Assembly (NCBI GenBank): GCA_019358915.1
Contig: JAHHIM010000065.1
Location: 96,001 to 160,000, forward strand
Reading direction: 5' to 3'
DNA: 64,000 nucleotides
Source of the DNA: Trichormus sp. ATA11-4-KO1
GTDB taxonomy: Bacteria; Cyanobacteriota; Cyanobacteriia; Cyanobacteriales; Nostocaceae
Under the pieces are notes generated by a model that saw only the letters and a program-made list of their open reading frames with translations, ran no database searches and was not told the DNA's origin. Positions 21,388 to 31,386 of the stretch are shown one piece after another. Position 1 is the first letter of the stretch. Each line of letters opens with the position of its first letter. The position numbers were made by a program, and so were the translations under genes.

Positions 21388-22107
21388 ATGAAAAGTGCAA
21401 CAGTCATCAGACATCTAGCTTTTGAGGATTTAGGCTCTCTAGAACTGGCTCTTGAACAAAAAGGTTACACAATCAAATATTTTGAAGCTGGAGTTGATTC
21501 TTTGGCCGCGATCGCTCCTCTCACTCCAGATCTCCTGATTATTCTAGGAGGCCCAATTGGGGTTTATGATGAACAAGACTATCCCTTTCTTCGAGACGAG
21601 CTACATTTATTAGAACAGCGTTTAGCAGTTGATTCACCTACACTAGGCATCTGCTTAGGCGCTCAATTAATGGCTCGTGCCTTAGGAAACAAAGTTTACC
21701 CTGGAATGCAAAAAGAAATTGGCTGGTCTGCCATAGAACTGAGCGACGCTGGGAAACATTCCCCCTTAGTTCATTTAGCTACAGAACAAACCCCAGTCCT
21801 ACACTGGCACGGAGATACATTTGATTTGCCGGCTGGCTCTACACATTTAGCTGCTACCAAAGAGTATCAAAATCAAGCATTTTCTTGGGGTAAATCTTGC
21901 ATGGGGCTACAGTTTCATCTAGAAGTGACTGCATCAGGGTTAGAACGCTGGTTTATTGGCCATGCTTGTGAAATTAATGCTACACCCGGTGTCAGTGTTG
22001 AAAGCTTACGCGCCGATACAGTTCGCTATGCCAAAATATTACAACAAAAGGCTACTCTCATCTGGTGGGAATGGTTGGAGTTACTTCAACAGCCTAAAAG
22101 TAAGTGA
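21388..22107 (+). CDS. class I glutamine amidotransferase-like protein
   Basis: ILGGPIG, LGICLGAQL nucleophile elbow, LHWHGD, LQFHLE triad. Confidence 0.9.
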   Translation: MKSATVIRHLAFEDLGSLELALEQKGYTIKYFEAGVDSLAAIAPLTPDLLIILGGPIGVYDEQDYPFLRDELHLLEQRLAVDSPTLGICLGAQLMARALGNKVYPGMQKEIGWSAIELSDAGKHSPLVHLATEQTPVLHWHGDTFDLPAGSTHLAATKEYQNQAFSWGKSCMGLQFHLEVTASGLERWFIGHACEINATPGVSVESLRADTVRYAKILQQKATLIWWEWLELLQQPKSK

Positions 22108-22266
22108 ATTACCCACAGGTGAGGATATAGCGAGGCTCCAGGAGAAACGCGAAAAAGTTAGATCATCACTGGGAAAATTTAATTGTCGCGTTTTCCCGAA
22201 GGTTGAATATGGTGCAAAGATGTGGATGTTGTCTGTCAGCTTTTATGGTTTCACCAACCGAGACGT

Positions 22267-23130
22267 TTAGATGAAAAGTTGCGCAACACCTGTAATATTG
22301 TCGTTTCCATATCCTTTGGCGATCGCTTCCAAGTAAATGCCGTGAATAGCATTAGATGCGGGAATTGCAGCAGCAACAGTTTGCGCTGTTTGAGTAACAT
22401 AGCGGAAATCTTTCTCCACTAAATTAATTGGGAACATCGGTGCATGGTTGTTCATCAACATCAGATTTCCTACGCCTTTAGCGGCTGGACTCATCACAGG
22501 CATATCACCGAGGCATTCCATCGCTTTTGCTGGGTCAATCCCCTGCTTATTCAACATTCCCAAAATTTCTGCTAATGCGGCCACCTGAATACCAAAAAGC
22601 GCATTGACTGCAAGTTTCATCGCCATCCCTTGACCAATCGGGCCAACATGGATAGCTGCGGCTCCGGCAGCATAGAGGACATCTTGGGCTAGTGTTAAAG
22701 TCTCTACACTTCCCCCAACCACATAAATGAGCTTTCCGGCATCCGCTTGTGGACGAGAGCCAATGACGGGAGCATCAAGAAAGGCTATCCCACGGCTTTC
22801 AATGTTTGCTGCTAGTTCTTTCGTCCAATCAACAGTTAACGTGCTTGACTCAATTGCAATTGCGTCTTTGCCAAGTCCCATCGCTGCACCCTTTTCTGGG
22901 TCAAGCCAGATTGCTCGTGACGCATCGTCATCAGTGACCATACTAATCACGATGTCAGCTGACTCGGCTGCTTCTCTGGGCGTTGCCGCCCAAACAGCTC
23001 CTTTATCCAGCAAGGGTATGGCTTTATCTGCCGTGCGGTTGTAAACAAAGACCTTATGGTTAGCACTAAGAAGGTTCTGTGCTACACGAAATCCCATTGC
23101 ACCTATTCCCAGTAATGCAACTTTGCTCAT
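22267..23130 (-). CDS. NAD(P)-dependent oxidoreductase, beta-hydroxyacid dehydrogenase (HIBADH/IRED-like) family
   Basis: LGIGAMG, YNRT, FLDAPVIGS, AMKLAVN, KDFRY. Confidence 0.9.
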   Translation of the reverse strand: MSKVALLGIGAMGFRVAQNLLSANHKVFVYNRTADKAIPLLDKGAVWAATPREAAESADIVISMVTDDDASRAIWLDPEKGAAMGLGKDAIAIESSTLTVDWTKELAANIESRGIAFLDAPVIGSRPQADAGKLIYVVGGSVETLTLAQDVLYAAGAAAIHVGPIGQGMAMKLAVNALFGIQVAALAEILGMLNKQGIDPAKAMECLGDMPVMSPAAKGVGNLMLMNNHAPMFPINLVEKDFRYVTQTAQTVAAAIPASNAIHGIYLEAIAKGYGNDNITGVAQLFI

Positions 23131-23172
23131 ACTGTTTCTCCCGTGAATTTTTTCGTACTAAATTGTGAATTT

Positions 23173-23345
23173 TTGGCGTTGCTAATTAATCGCATAAATT
23201 TTATTGCCCGCAAAGACTAGGCAGTAATCTCGGACTTGGGGGTTTCCCCCATGGGCGACTACTGCCGTAGCAAAAGCGCTAAGAATAAATCTTCAGCTTT
23301 GATTAACAAGCTCAATTCATCCGGCAAATATGCAACGCTGAATTT
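23173..23345. mobile_element. MITE-like element with nested small dispersed repeat
   Basis: imperfect terminal IR GGCGTTGCTAATTAATCGCATAAATT / AATTCATCCGGCAAATATGCAACGCT; internal GGCAGT..GGGGGTTTCCCCC..ACTGCC hairpin element at about 23220-23268. Confidence 0.55.
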
Positions 23346-24041
23346 TTAGGTTGAGTAACCAAATGAATTGCGAGCATAACCATCGAAGGCATCCAGCAAG
23401 CGTTCGCGCCAAGCATAAATTAGATCATCTTGGGCGAGCAATTGGATGGGACTAACTGCCCTTGCCCATTGAAATGGTGCAAATACAATATAGTCAGCAA
23501 AATAAGGACTATCACCGCCTAAATAGGGTTGACGTTTGAGAACTTCTCGTATGGGAGATAAAGCTGTTCGCAAAGCAGTAATAGTCGCATCATCCGGTGT
23601 GGCAAATTCTTCCAGTGTCATCCCCAAAAATTTTTCTCGGCTCTCGCGAAAGTATGCTTTGTCCTTTTCATGTAAATGCTGAAATAAATCTAGGAGAATA
23701 ATCCGCAAAATAATTGGTGTGATGGTTTGCACACACCAAAACTTCATGAATAAAGCACCTGATTCACTGGCTTTTCCACCAAATAAACTGGGACGATCGG
23801 CATAAGTTGTTTCCAAGTAACGCACAATTTCCCAACTATCAACTACAGTGTGGTCACCATCAACCAAGACAGGAACCTTTCCCTGCCCGGAAAAAGCGAT
23901 CGCCTCTTTCTCTGTAAACCGCCAAGGAATTTCTTGGGCATTAAGTCCTTTGTGCTTTAAAGCCATTTTGACTTGCCAACAAGGCGGACTAAAGCGGCAA
24001 TCATCCTTGGCTCCAGCTAAATCATAAAGTTTAAGATCCAT
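23346..24041 (-). CDS. glutathione S-transferase, LigE/beta-etherase-like clade
   Basis: LYDL..FSPPCWQVKMALKHKG, KVPVLVDG, DSWEIVRYLE..Y.DRPSLF, YLGGDSPYFADY; AGGAG RBS before ATG 24041. Confidence 0.85.
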   Translation of the reverse strand: MDLKLYDLAGAKDDCRFSPPCWQVKMALKHKGLNAQEIPWRFTEKEAIAFSGQGKVPVLVDGDHTVVDSWEIVRYLETTYADRPSLFGGKASESGALFMKFWCVQTITPIILRIILLDLFQHLHEKDKAYFRESREKFLGMTLEEFATPDDATITALRTALSPIREVLKRQPYLGGDSPYFADYIVFAPFQWARAVSPIQLLAQDDLIYAWRERLLDAFDGYARNSFGYST

Positions 24042-24284
24042 ATTTTCTCCTCTTAACAATAATGATTCGATTCTATCAACAGTTTGATAATATTGATACC
24101 AGATGTACATTCAAGCCTTGTGCATTGAGATTATCCAAATTCACTCTACTTGTGAGGTGCTAAAGATTTGTAATATCAACTACCTAACTTATTAGCAAAC
24201 TGACAAGTTAGCGCTACTTAAAAAAGCTGATACTAGGAAATTAATTCCTGTTTATTGAGCTTAAGACATGGTAATTTAGTTGTT

Positions 24285-24842
24285 CTATCCTAATAATTGC
24301 TTTTCCTTAACTTTTTGAGGTTTTTTCACTTGCCGCTCCAGCCACCATCTTCTCAAGAACAAAATGATTATTGTTGTCATGCCAATAATTGTCAAAGGAG
24401 TGGCAAAATTCCAATGTCCATGCATTTTGTCATTAATATGCCAAAATAGTAAAAACATTGCTAAATAAGTTAACTGATGCAACTGTTGCCAGTTTTTCTT
24501 CATTTTTTTGACACACCAGTCATTAGAGGTGACTGCTAGCAGTGTGAAAATAATAAATGTTGCCGAGCCATGCACATATACTCTATAGGTGTTCAAATCG
24601 AAGAAATCAAAATTTCTTTTGATTACCAACAGCCAAGCATGACCCAAAGCTAACAAAAAGGATAGAATACCTAATTGGCGGCGATTTTTCAATAATTCGA
24701 TGGGAAGTTTCGCCTTTTTAAGTGCAGGAAAAACTACTCTTAAAGAGGTTGGAAGTAATGTCAAGATGTAACTAACTACTGCCAAAATACCTAGTAAGTT
24801 AGCCGGGGAAATAGAATCGGAAAACCATGTTGTATACATCAT
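24285..24842 (-). CDS. ferric reductase-like heme membrane protein (MsrQ/YedZ-like)
   Basis: RRQLGI..LGH, LAVTSND, WQQLHQLTY..FWH; several TM helices. Confidence 0.85.
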   Translation of the reverse strand: MMYTTWFSDSISPANLLGILAVVSYILTLLPTSLRVVFPALKKAKLPIELLKNRRQLGILSFLLALGHAWLLVIKRNFDFFDLNTYRVYVHGSATFIIFTLLAVTSNDWCVKKMKKNWQQLHQLTYLAMFLLFWHINDKMHGHWNFATPLTIIGMTTIIILFLRRWWLERQVKKPQKVKEKQLLG

Positions 24843-25012
24843 CTTTACAATTAAATTTCACTTACTGAGTTAGAAACTACGTCACCTGCGATCGCCTGAT
24901 TTAAAGAGTTAGCTTAATTTCCAATTAAATAGTTTCATGGTCAATAAATCATCTATTTCAGGATGCCATCACACCTAGAAATAGGTGATTTATTTTCCTG
25001 CTTTTTAGCACC

Positions 25013-25879
25013 TCACATTTTGGCACTGCTTCTTGCTTTTTGACCTTTCTGACGATGCAAAAAGAACAAGCTACCCACAAACAATAGTCCTATAAACGTA
25101 TTTGGCTCAGGAACCTGGGTAATTGTAATTCTGGCAACTTGATAACCAGGAACTGTAAAGTCAGCATTAGCAAAATTGGGATCGCCTAAAATATTACCTC
25201 CAGGAATAAAACCTGGATGTACTGTCACAACTCCATTTTCATCAATACCTGTGTTAGGTTGAAAATCATCAAACGGTGTCGGCCCCACACCAGCAGCATT
25301 AAATCTACTTTCGTCGTTGATTTCTGAACCAGCATCCAAAACATCAGCACCAAGAACGACAAAGCTAGTAGGAATAAATTTGCCTGCGTCATCAAATATT
25401 CTGTAAGCAAGAGGATTATCATTACCAAAGAAAGCATCATTGCTAGGTAAAACCATCGCACCATAGCTAAAATAACGACTGTTCGCGAGAGATCCATCTA
25501 CTGTAAAAGTCGCTGATGCGCTGTCCCCAGGGAAAAAATCTTGTACTGGGCCTGTCGGTCCAAAGACTATACCATCAACTGAACCAGTGCTACTGCTGTT
25601 AAACAAACTGCTAATTTCACTCAAGTCAGCATCTTCTGCTAAACGCTCAAGAGCTAAATTTGGTGGTTGACCAATATCAAAGAAATCAAAATTACCATCA
25701 TGGAAACCAACCCATAAACTGCTAAAAAAGTTACCTTGCTGTGGTGCTAAGTTTTCCACTGTCACCCTTAAAGTTGCAGCATTTACTGCTGAAAAACTGA
25801 TCAAAGTAGACAATGATGCAAACATACCTGCCAGAACATTTTTGCCGAGTTTGCTCAAGTGTGTGTGTCGATTAATCAT
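25013..25879 (-). CDS. secreted spondin-domain PEP-CTERM protein
   Basis: signal peptide, VTVENLAP, ALERLAED, MVLPSNDAF, LDAGSEINDE, C-terminal VPEP + TM + basic tail. Confidence 0.85.
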   Translation of the reverse strand: MINRHTHLSKLGKNVLAGMFASLSTLISFSAVNAATLRVTVENLAPQQGNFFSSLWVGFHDGNFDFFDIGQPPNLALERLAEDADLSEISSLFNSSSTGSVDGIVFGPTGPVQDFFPGDSASATFTVDGSLANSRYFSYGAMVLPSNDAFFGNDNPLAYRIFDDAGKFIPTSFVVLGADVLDAGSEINDESRFNAAGVGPTPFDDFQPNTGIDENGVVTVHPGFIPGGNILGDPNFANADFTVPGYQVARITITQVPEPNTFIGLLFVGSLFFLHRQKGQKARSSAKM

Positions 25880-26030
25880 GGTTTTTTTGTTTTATCAAGA
25901 TGATGATTAAAACATCAGTAGATCACAAAACAACAACTTTTCGATCTACTGACATTGAAGTAGCAAGGTAGAAGTCAGCCAGTCTTGCCTAAATCGTATA
26001 GGCGTGACAGCTTATTAAACAAGCAAAAAT

Positions 26031-26675
26031 CTATAACTGCTTGAGAATAGTCAAGATATCAGTAGGCTCTAGACGCTTGGTATAGTCTGGATCAATGAAT
26101 GCATAGACAATCTGACTATTTTTAGCCACTACATAAGTCGCTGAAATCGGTAATTCGTAAGAGGTATCTCCGTTGTACTCAGACACATCAATTCCAAACC
26201 CTTTATGAACCTGACGCACTTGTTCAGAAAGTTGGTAGACTAGTCCAAATTGTTTAGCAACTTTATTGCCTACATCACTAAGCACTTCAAACTCAAGATT
26301 ATTCTTCTCAACGGTAGAAAGAGTATGGTCTGGGGTTTGGGGCGAAATCGCAACTAAGGAAGCTCCTAGAGACTTGATTTCCGGCAATACTTTTTGCAGC
26401 TCAGTTAATTCCAGACTACAGAAAGGACACCATTGTCCCCGGTAGAAAGAAATTACAACAGGGCCATGAGCCAGTAGCGTTTGAATTTGAACAGCCTGCT
26501 CTTTGGCATTAGGGAGAGTAAAGTTAGGTACTGTATCTCCCACTTGTAGGGATTTTTCTACAATCCCGGCACGAGCTAAATTTTCTGTGGACTGACTGAT
26601 TGTCGTCAGAGTTTCCACCGGAACGTTGCTCTGCATATATGACAGAACCTTGTCAATTTCTTGTGCTAAAGTCAT
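26031..26675 (-). CDS. peroxiredoxin-like family protein (AhpC/TSA)
   Basis: PNFTLPN, FYRGQWCPFC, VAISPQ, LSDVGN, LPISATYV. Confidence 0.88.
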   Translation of the reverse strand: MTLAQEIDKVLSYMQSNVPVETLTTISQSTENLARAGIVEKSLQVGDTVPNFTLPNAKEQAVQIQTLLAHGPVVISFYRGQWCPFCSLELTELQKVLPEIKSLGASLVAISPQTPDHTLSTVEKNNLEFEVLSDVGNKVAKQFGLVYQLSEQVRQVHKGFGIDVSEYNGDTSYELPISATYVVAKNSQIVYAFIDPDYTKRLEPTDILTILKQL

Positions 26676-26916
26676 GGTTTTTCCTTGGGAAAATTTTGTA
26701 GTTTACTAGTCTGATTTGCAGTTGTCCCTGCAAACTTCTGGAATAATTTGCTTGAGGCTGGAGCTAGTGCAAACTTTGTAATTGCTCTTGGGGTGAGTGG
26801 GTACCCTATTACCCTTTTATAGAGCCAAGTTTCAGTTGATTGCGGTAATCAACTATCAACATGATTTAATTATACTTGATGTCAAAGAAGCAATAAATAG
26901 CAATTGATGAATGACT

Positions 26917-26937
26917 TTCGTGTATTTTTTACACGAA
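26917..26937. promoter_or_regulatory. perfect palindrome, putative LysR recognition site
   Basis: TTCGTGTA-N5-TACACGAA containing T-N11-A; related copy at 32813-32833. Confidence 0.6.
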
Positions 26938-27351
26938 TTGCTCCTGAGATTTAGACCAGATTAAAGATATATATCTTGCACCAACATCAAAAACTGTCAT
27001 CTAGCCACAATACCTTAGCCAATTTACGAGGGTGAGATGATGATGCTTTAACCATTAACTCCCATTTCTCGCTCGGCTTGGCAAAAACAATCAGCCATAA
27101 AAATTCCTTTAAGGTTTCCCACAAGGGTTTTTTAACGTATTGACAGCAGGATAAGGGTTTGGGATGACAAACTACCTTTTTATCGAAACGCTTATGTATG
27201 CTTATTTTTGCCAGTTTTGCCAAAAATTATCAAGGCTCTTATTTTGGCTAAGGTATTGCTAGCCAAAAAATTTATTTCTTGGCGGGATATAGAACCGATG
27301 CAAGATATCTGGTTATGGTCTTGGGGATTAAATGAAATCGCTGTGGCATCC

Positions 27352-28365
27352 TCAATTGACAGGGTTGAGCCAAATTTTCACAGTTTCATCAGAACTACCA
27401 CTAGCAAGAATCTGTCCATCTGAACTAAAAGCTATAGACCAAATAGCCTTGTCATGACCCTTAAGTTGATCAATTAGTTGTCCTGTTTGTGTATTCCACA
27501 ACTTAATTTTTTTGTCATAACTACCACTAGCTAAAGTCTCTCCCTTAGGACTGAAAGCTACGGAATGAACTGCTCTATCATGCTCTTTCATAACGTAGCG
27601 CAACTGCCCATTTTGCAAGTTCCATAACTTAATTGTGCGGTCAGAACTGCCACTAGCTAGAAAACGTCCATCAGGACTGAAGGCTATAGACCAAATTCTT
27701 TGGTTATGAGCTGCTAAAGGTGTTTTTAATTGACCAGTACTTATCTGCCAAAGCATAATTTTTCCACCTTCATCGCCACTAGCTAAAGTTTGACCGTCGG
27801 GACTAATGGCAACAGTTCTCACTGGTTTTGATTGACTGAAAGTCTGCAATAATTCACCAGTCTCTACACTCCAGAGATTCACTTTTTTGTCCCAGCCAGC
27901 ACTAGCTAAAGTTTTACCATCGGGGCTAAACGTAACTGCTTTAACATCATTTGAATGTCCAGATAAAGTGCGGATTAGTTCACCTGTTTTCAAATCCCAC
28001 AATTTAACCTGGAAATCCCAACTGCCACTAGCTAAAATTTCACCATCTGGGCTAATTGCAACGGATTCTACAGAGTTTCCGTGTCCCCGAAGTGTGTGAA
28101 TTAAATCGCCAGTTTTCAGATTCCAAACCTTGATACTTTTATCATAACTCCCTGTAATAAGCTTTTGATTATCGGGACTAATGGCGACTGAATAAACCCA
28201 CACTGAATTAGTATTTAATGTGCGCGTTTGTTCATCATCTATCAGTAATTTATTTGTAGAGTTACCCGACGAAACTAATGAAATGCTAATTGTGCCAAGA
28301 AGTATAGAAAATACAACACCTGCTAAGCCGGTTTTGGTTTTTATGTTAATTGATTTGAGTTTCAT
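27352..28365 (-). CDS. WD40 repeat protein (7 repeats) with N-terminal signal/TM
   Basis: seven GH..V.SVA.SPDG..LASGS.D..IKLW repeats. Confidence 0.92.
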   Translation of the reverse strand: MKLKSINIKTKTGLAGVVFSILLGTISISLVSSGNSTNKLLIDDEQTRTLNTNSVWVYSVAISPDNQKLITGSYDKSIKVWNLKTGDLIHTLRGHGNSVESVAISPDGEILASGSWDFQVKLWDLKTGELIRTLSGHSNDVKAVTFSPDGKTLASAGWDKKVNLWSVETGELLQTFSQSKPVRTVAISPDGQTLASGDEGGKIMLWQISTGQLKTPLAAHNQRIWSIAFSPDGRFLASGSSDRTIKLWNLQNGQLRYVMKEHDRAVHSVAFSPKGETLASGSYDKKIKLWNTQTGQLIDQLKGHDKAIWSIAFSSDGQILASGSSDETVKIWLNPVN

Positions 28366-28576
28366 AATAATTGATGCATTGGTTTAATTTTACAGAAAAT
28401 CGTCATAATGCCTTAATTACGAATTTTTCAGGCAATATTATCCCGATGATCGTTCAACCTGCTCACTCTCTTTAACTCAAATCTACAGAGCGGTTTGGCA
28501 AATTTATTAATTCTATTGAATGAAAAAGTGTCAGTCTGGTAGAAGTCATTTCACGACTTCATCCTGGAAATTTTTA

Positions 28577-28672
28577 GTAAGTCTGCGTTAAAAAATCAAC
28601 TTCACGAAACGTAAAATCAGCAAACAACCTGAGCTTATCTTTCGATATTTTGATTTTTTAACGCCAACCTAG
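28577..28672. mobile_element. short MITE-like element
   Basis: terminal IR AAGTCTGCGTTAAAAAATCAA / TTGATTTTTTAACGCCAACCT. Confidence 0.55.
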
Positions 28673-28739
28673 CTAAATCGCTACCAAATCCAGTTCTGTC
28701 TATGGAGAATTTGGATGTGGTTTAGCTTTTGACAAACCA

Positions 28740-30827
28740 CTAGTTTCCGAATGAGTTAATTACGAGGTCAGCCACGTTTTTACCTAACTCAACTTCGGGA
28801 TCGTTTTCCATATTTAGCAGAACATCACCCTCAGTGGTATTGACGGTAAATAGTTCTGTCTCTGTAGTAGAAGAAGTACTACCATCAGAGGTAGTGGTGC
28901 TAAATGCTTCTGTCTCTGTAGTAGAAGTTTCCGATTCTGTGGTCAGAGATTCGCTGCTGGATCTAGTTACTGGTGTATCAACTACTGCCGCAGATGGAAC
29001 GTGAACCCCACCGAAAATGCGGCTAGCAGCATTAGCCTCTATCGCCGTACTAATGGTGTTGAACGTGAGAGCCACGCCTGGTAAGTCTTGGGAAGGAACG
29101 GAGAAAATTGTGTTGTCACCGAAGAAATTAATCAACACTTGTCCTGCTGCTGCACCAAATGCCGCGTGTCCAGAGTTATAGTCTGGAAAAGGTGGGGTTA
29201 AGGGGATGTCAAAGAATCTTTGAGGGTCATGATACGAGATCAGTGGCAACCAGGTGGTATCGCGAACAGTTCCTGACTCGAAGGTGCGTTGGTCTTGGCG
29301 GATTGCTTGAATTGGTCGTAATTGATTGTATGTGTACTTGGAATCCCAAGTAAGAATACCGACATCAGCCTGTGCCACGTTCAACTGAGCAAATAAAAGG
29401 GCATTCTGAGCTAGCGTAGCCCCTTTATTCAAAGAGATTTGTTGCGCGTACTGGTTCCACTGACCGGGTGGTCTAAATGTGTTTGCACGATCTAAAGCCC
29501 AGAAAACAGCAGTTTTGGTCTGGTCGGAAGTACGCGTAATTGTCGTAACGCTAGTATTGCGGAAAGCACCTACTTGTCGGACAAGATTTTCTTCATCTAT
29601 GAACTGTTGGCTACCAAATTGTGGTGGGCCAGTCAGTCCAAACTGGTCTAAGCGAGCCTGAGGATTATTGGGGTCGCGAGGGGGTACGCTAGATGAAAAT
29701 GGAGTAACTGAGCCCCAGCCTGGCAATGCTGCTGCTGAAAAATCGGGGAAAGATGGTTGCCATTCACCCGCTAAATTTCCGCCTGTGTAAATTGACTGCA
29801 ATGCTTCAGCTAAACCATCATCGCTGCGCAAGTTTAGTATTTGATTAGCAACCTCTCTTCCTACAGCTCTACCATTATCTTTAGCTCTACCATCCGATAT
29901 TTTTGCCAAAGATGCTTCCAATTGTCGGTCAAATACAGGTCTGAGTTGTGGATCTGGGAAGAGGTTAATGAGCGTTGTATAAGCTGCTTGGGTAGCTGCG
30001 GCGCGCGCATTAGCACCGCCACTCAGCCCAAGACTAGCGGGAGTTACTTTCACAGCATAAGGTGAACCGATATTGAGGATCGAGTTGACAGCATCATAGA
30101 CTGACACGTGAACGATCGCCTGACTGCGAGTCGCTACTGGGGGTGGAGTACCACCTCTAGCTAAAATCACGCCATTTTCACGTTGAATCCCTGTCGCCAA
30201 GATGGCATTTAGCAGGGTTGCATTCCAAACAATTACAGGGTCACCAGAATTCACCAACTTCTCGATGACTTTTTTGTCTTGAGTGGCCTGGGGAATGGTG
30301 GTGTCAACCTCAGTAATGAGATGGTAAGCACCAGGTGCTACAACACTCGGTTGAACAAAGTTAGCCTGACCAAGGTTTACGGTAACAGTTGTAGAAGCAC
30401 CAGGAAGCAAATCCACAGATGGAATTGTTTTGGTTCCCAGGATCTCATCTGTACCCACTAGAGGCTCGTTTATGGTAGTACCCAACGTTGATACTTGAGT
30501 GACAGTTTTAGGAGTACTCAGGGGGTTCTTATCAAGGATTGCGTCCGGTGATACGTAGATATTGAGATTTAGAGGGCCTTGATAAACTGCTGTACCGCGA
30601 TTAGTAATAACAACGTCAAATCGACCGCGTTTAACATCTGCGCCTAATAGTGTCGGTTTCCGAAAAACTTCACCAAATGCAATTTGGATATCCGGGCGTG
30701 CCTCTGTGAATTGAGCATAACTTGCAGGGATCACCGCAGCACTGAGCACAGATGCAACTGCCGTACTTTTTACAAACAACGAAATAAAGTTGGAGACGGT
30801 ACCTAACCTGAACTGAGAGTCTGCCAT
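28740..30827 (-). CDS. secreted vanadium-dependent haloperoxidase / PAP2-superfamily enzyme with N-terminal beta-sandwich domain
   Basis: signal peptide; KYTYNQLRP, PPFPDYNSGHA, SRIFGGVH vanadate/phosphate-binding motifs; A..H..YDAVN helix. Confidence 0.85.
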   Translation of the reverse strand: MADSQFRLGTVSNFISLFVKSTAVASVLSAAVIPASYAQFTEARPDIQIAFGEVFRKPTLLGADVKRGRFDVVITNRGTAVYQGPLNLNIYVSPDAILDKNPLSTPKTVTQVSTLGTTINEPLVGTDEILGTKTIPSVDLLPGASTTVTVNLGQANFVQPSVVAPGAYHLITEVDTTIPQATQDKKVIEKLVNSGDPVIVWNATLLNAILATGIQRENGVILARGGTPPPVATRSQAIVHVSVYDAVNSILNIGSPYAVKVTPASLGLSGGANARAAATQAAYTTLINLFPDPQLRPVFDRQLEASLAKISDGRAKDNGRAVGREVANQILNLRSDDGLAEALQSIYTGGNLAGEWQPSFPDFSAAALPGWGSVTPFSSSVPPRDPNNPQARLDQFGLTGPPQFGSQQFIDEENLVRQVGAFRNTSVTTITRTSDQTKTAVFWALDRANTFRPPGQWNQYAQQISLNKGATLAQNALLFAQLNVAQADVGILTWDSKYTYNQLRPIQAIRQDQRTFESGTVRDTTWLPLISYHDPQRFFDIPLTPPFPDYNSGHAAFGAAAGQVLINFFGDNTIFSVPSQDLPGVALTFNTISTAIEANAASRIFGGVHVPSAAVVDTPVTRSSSESLTTESETSTTETEAFSTTTSDGSTSSTTETELFTVNTTEGDVLLNMENDPEVELGKNVADLVINSFGN

Positions 30828-30908
30828 AAGGTTGTACTTTTTTAGTGGTAGAGGATAATTGGTAGTTGGAAAACTGCAAAAAATGTGATGGATAGAATCA
30901 TCACTTAT

Positions 30909-31386
30909 TAGGATTATTGATTTAACTTTTGAAAAAGCTCTCCGGAATCTTGCAGAAGGGTAATATGTCTGACCGCAAACAACGAAAAAACAGCATTTTA
31001 AAGCTGCGATGATCCCAAGAAAAATAAGCCTACAAGCAATATTTTTCCTACAGAAATCTCCGCGAACTCTAACGCAGAACTACAATAATTTATTGCTCTT
31101 CACCCAGATGTGTGTGAGGTGAAAAAAGCATTAGCCGTTAAGCTGGTTTATCAAGTCCACTCGGACAAAGAAGTCCAAGCCATTTCCAGATATGTCCCTA
31201 GCGGTTTACCAAGGCAACTTCGCTAGGTGATTGGAGCTAAAAGTGCTGATTTGGTAAGTAATCCAAATATACCTTACTAGGCAAAATTTGACTAGCGAAC
31301 TACTAGGTTCAATGATAGGCTGGAAACAAGCCTAAGAGGAACATAGAACGGATGGGAGCTTTTTCAAAAATCAAATATTAGTCCTA
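30909..31386 (+). mobile_element. internally deleted IS630-family element (non-autonomous remnant)
   Basis: imperfect terminal IR TAGGATTATTGATTTAACTTTTGAAAAAGCTC / GAGCTTTTTCAAAAATCAAATATTAGTCCTA with TA ends; internal decayed transposase N-terminus AELQ*FIALHPDVCEVKKALAVKLVYQ...DMSLGSMIGWKQA*EE. Confidence 0.7.
31198..31306. mobile_element. about 105-bp insertion in the IS630 remnant with CTAG duplication
   Basis: CTAG at 31198-31201 and 31303-31306; excision restores GAT ATG TCC CTA GGT TCA ATG ATA GGC TGG (DMSLGSMIGW); weak terminal IR. Confidence 0.6.

Noticed and set aside
26987..27423. Short ORFs of 78 and 71 aa between the Prx-like and WD40 genes
   Set aside because: No motifs, overlap each other or the WD40 gene; probably intergenic
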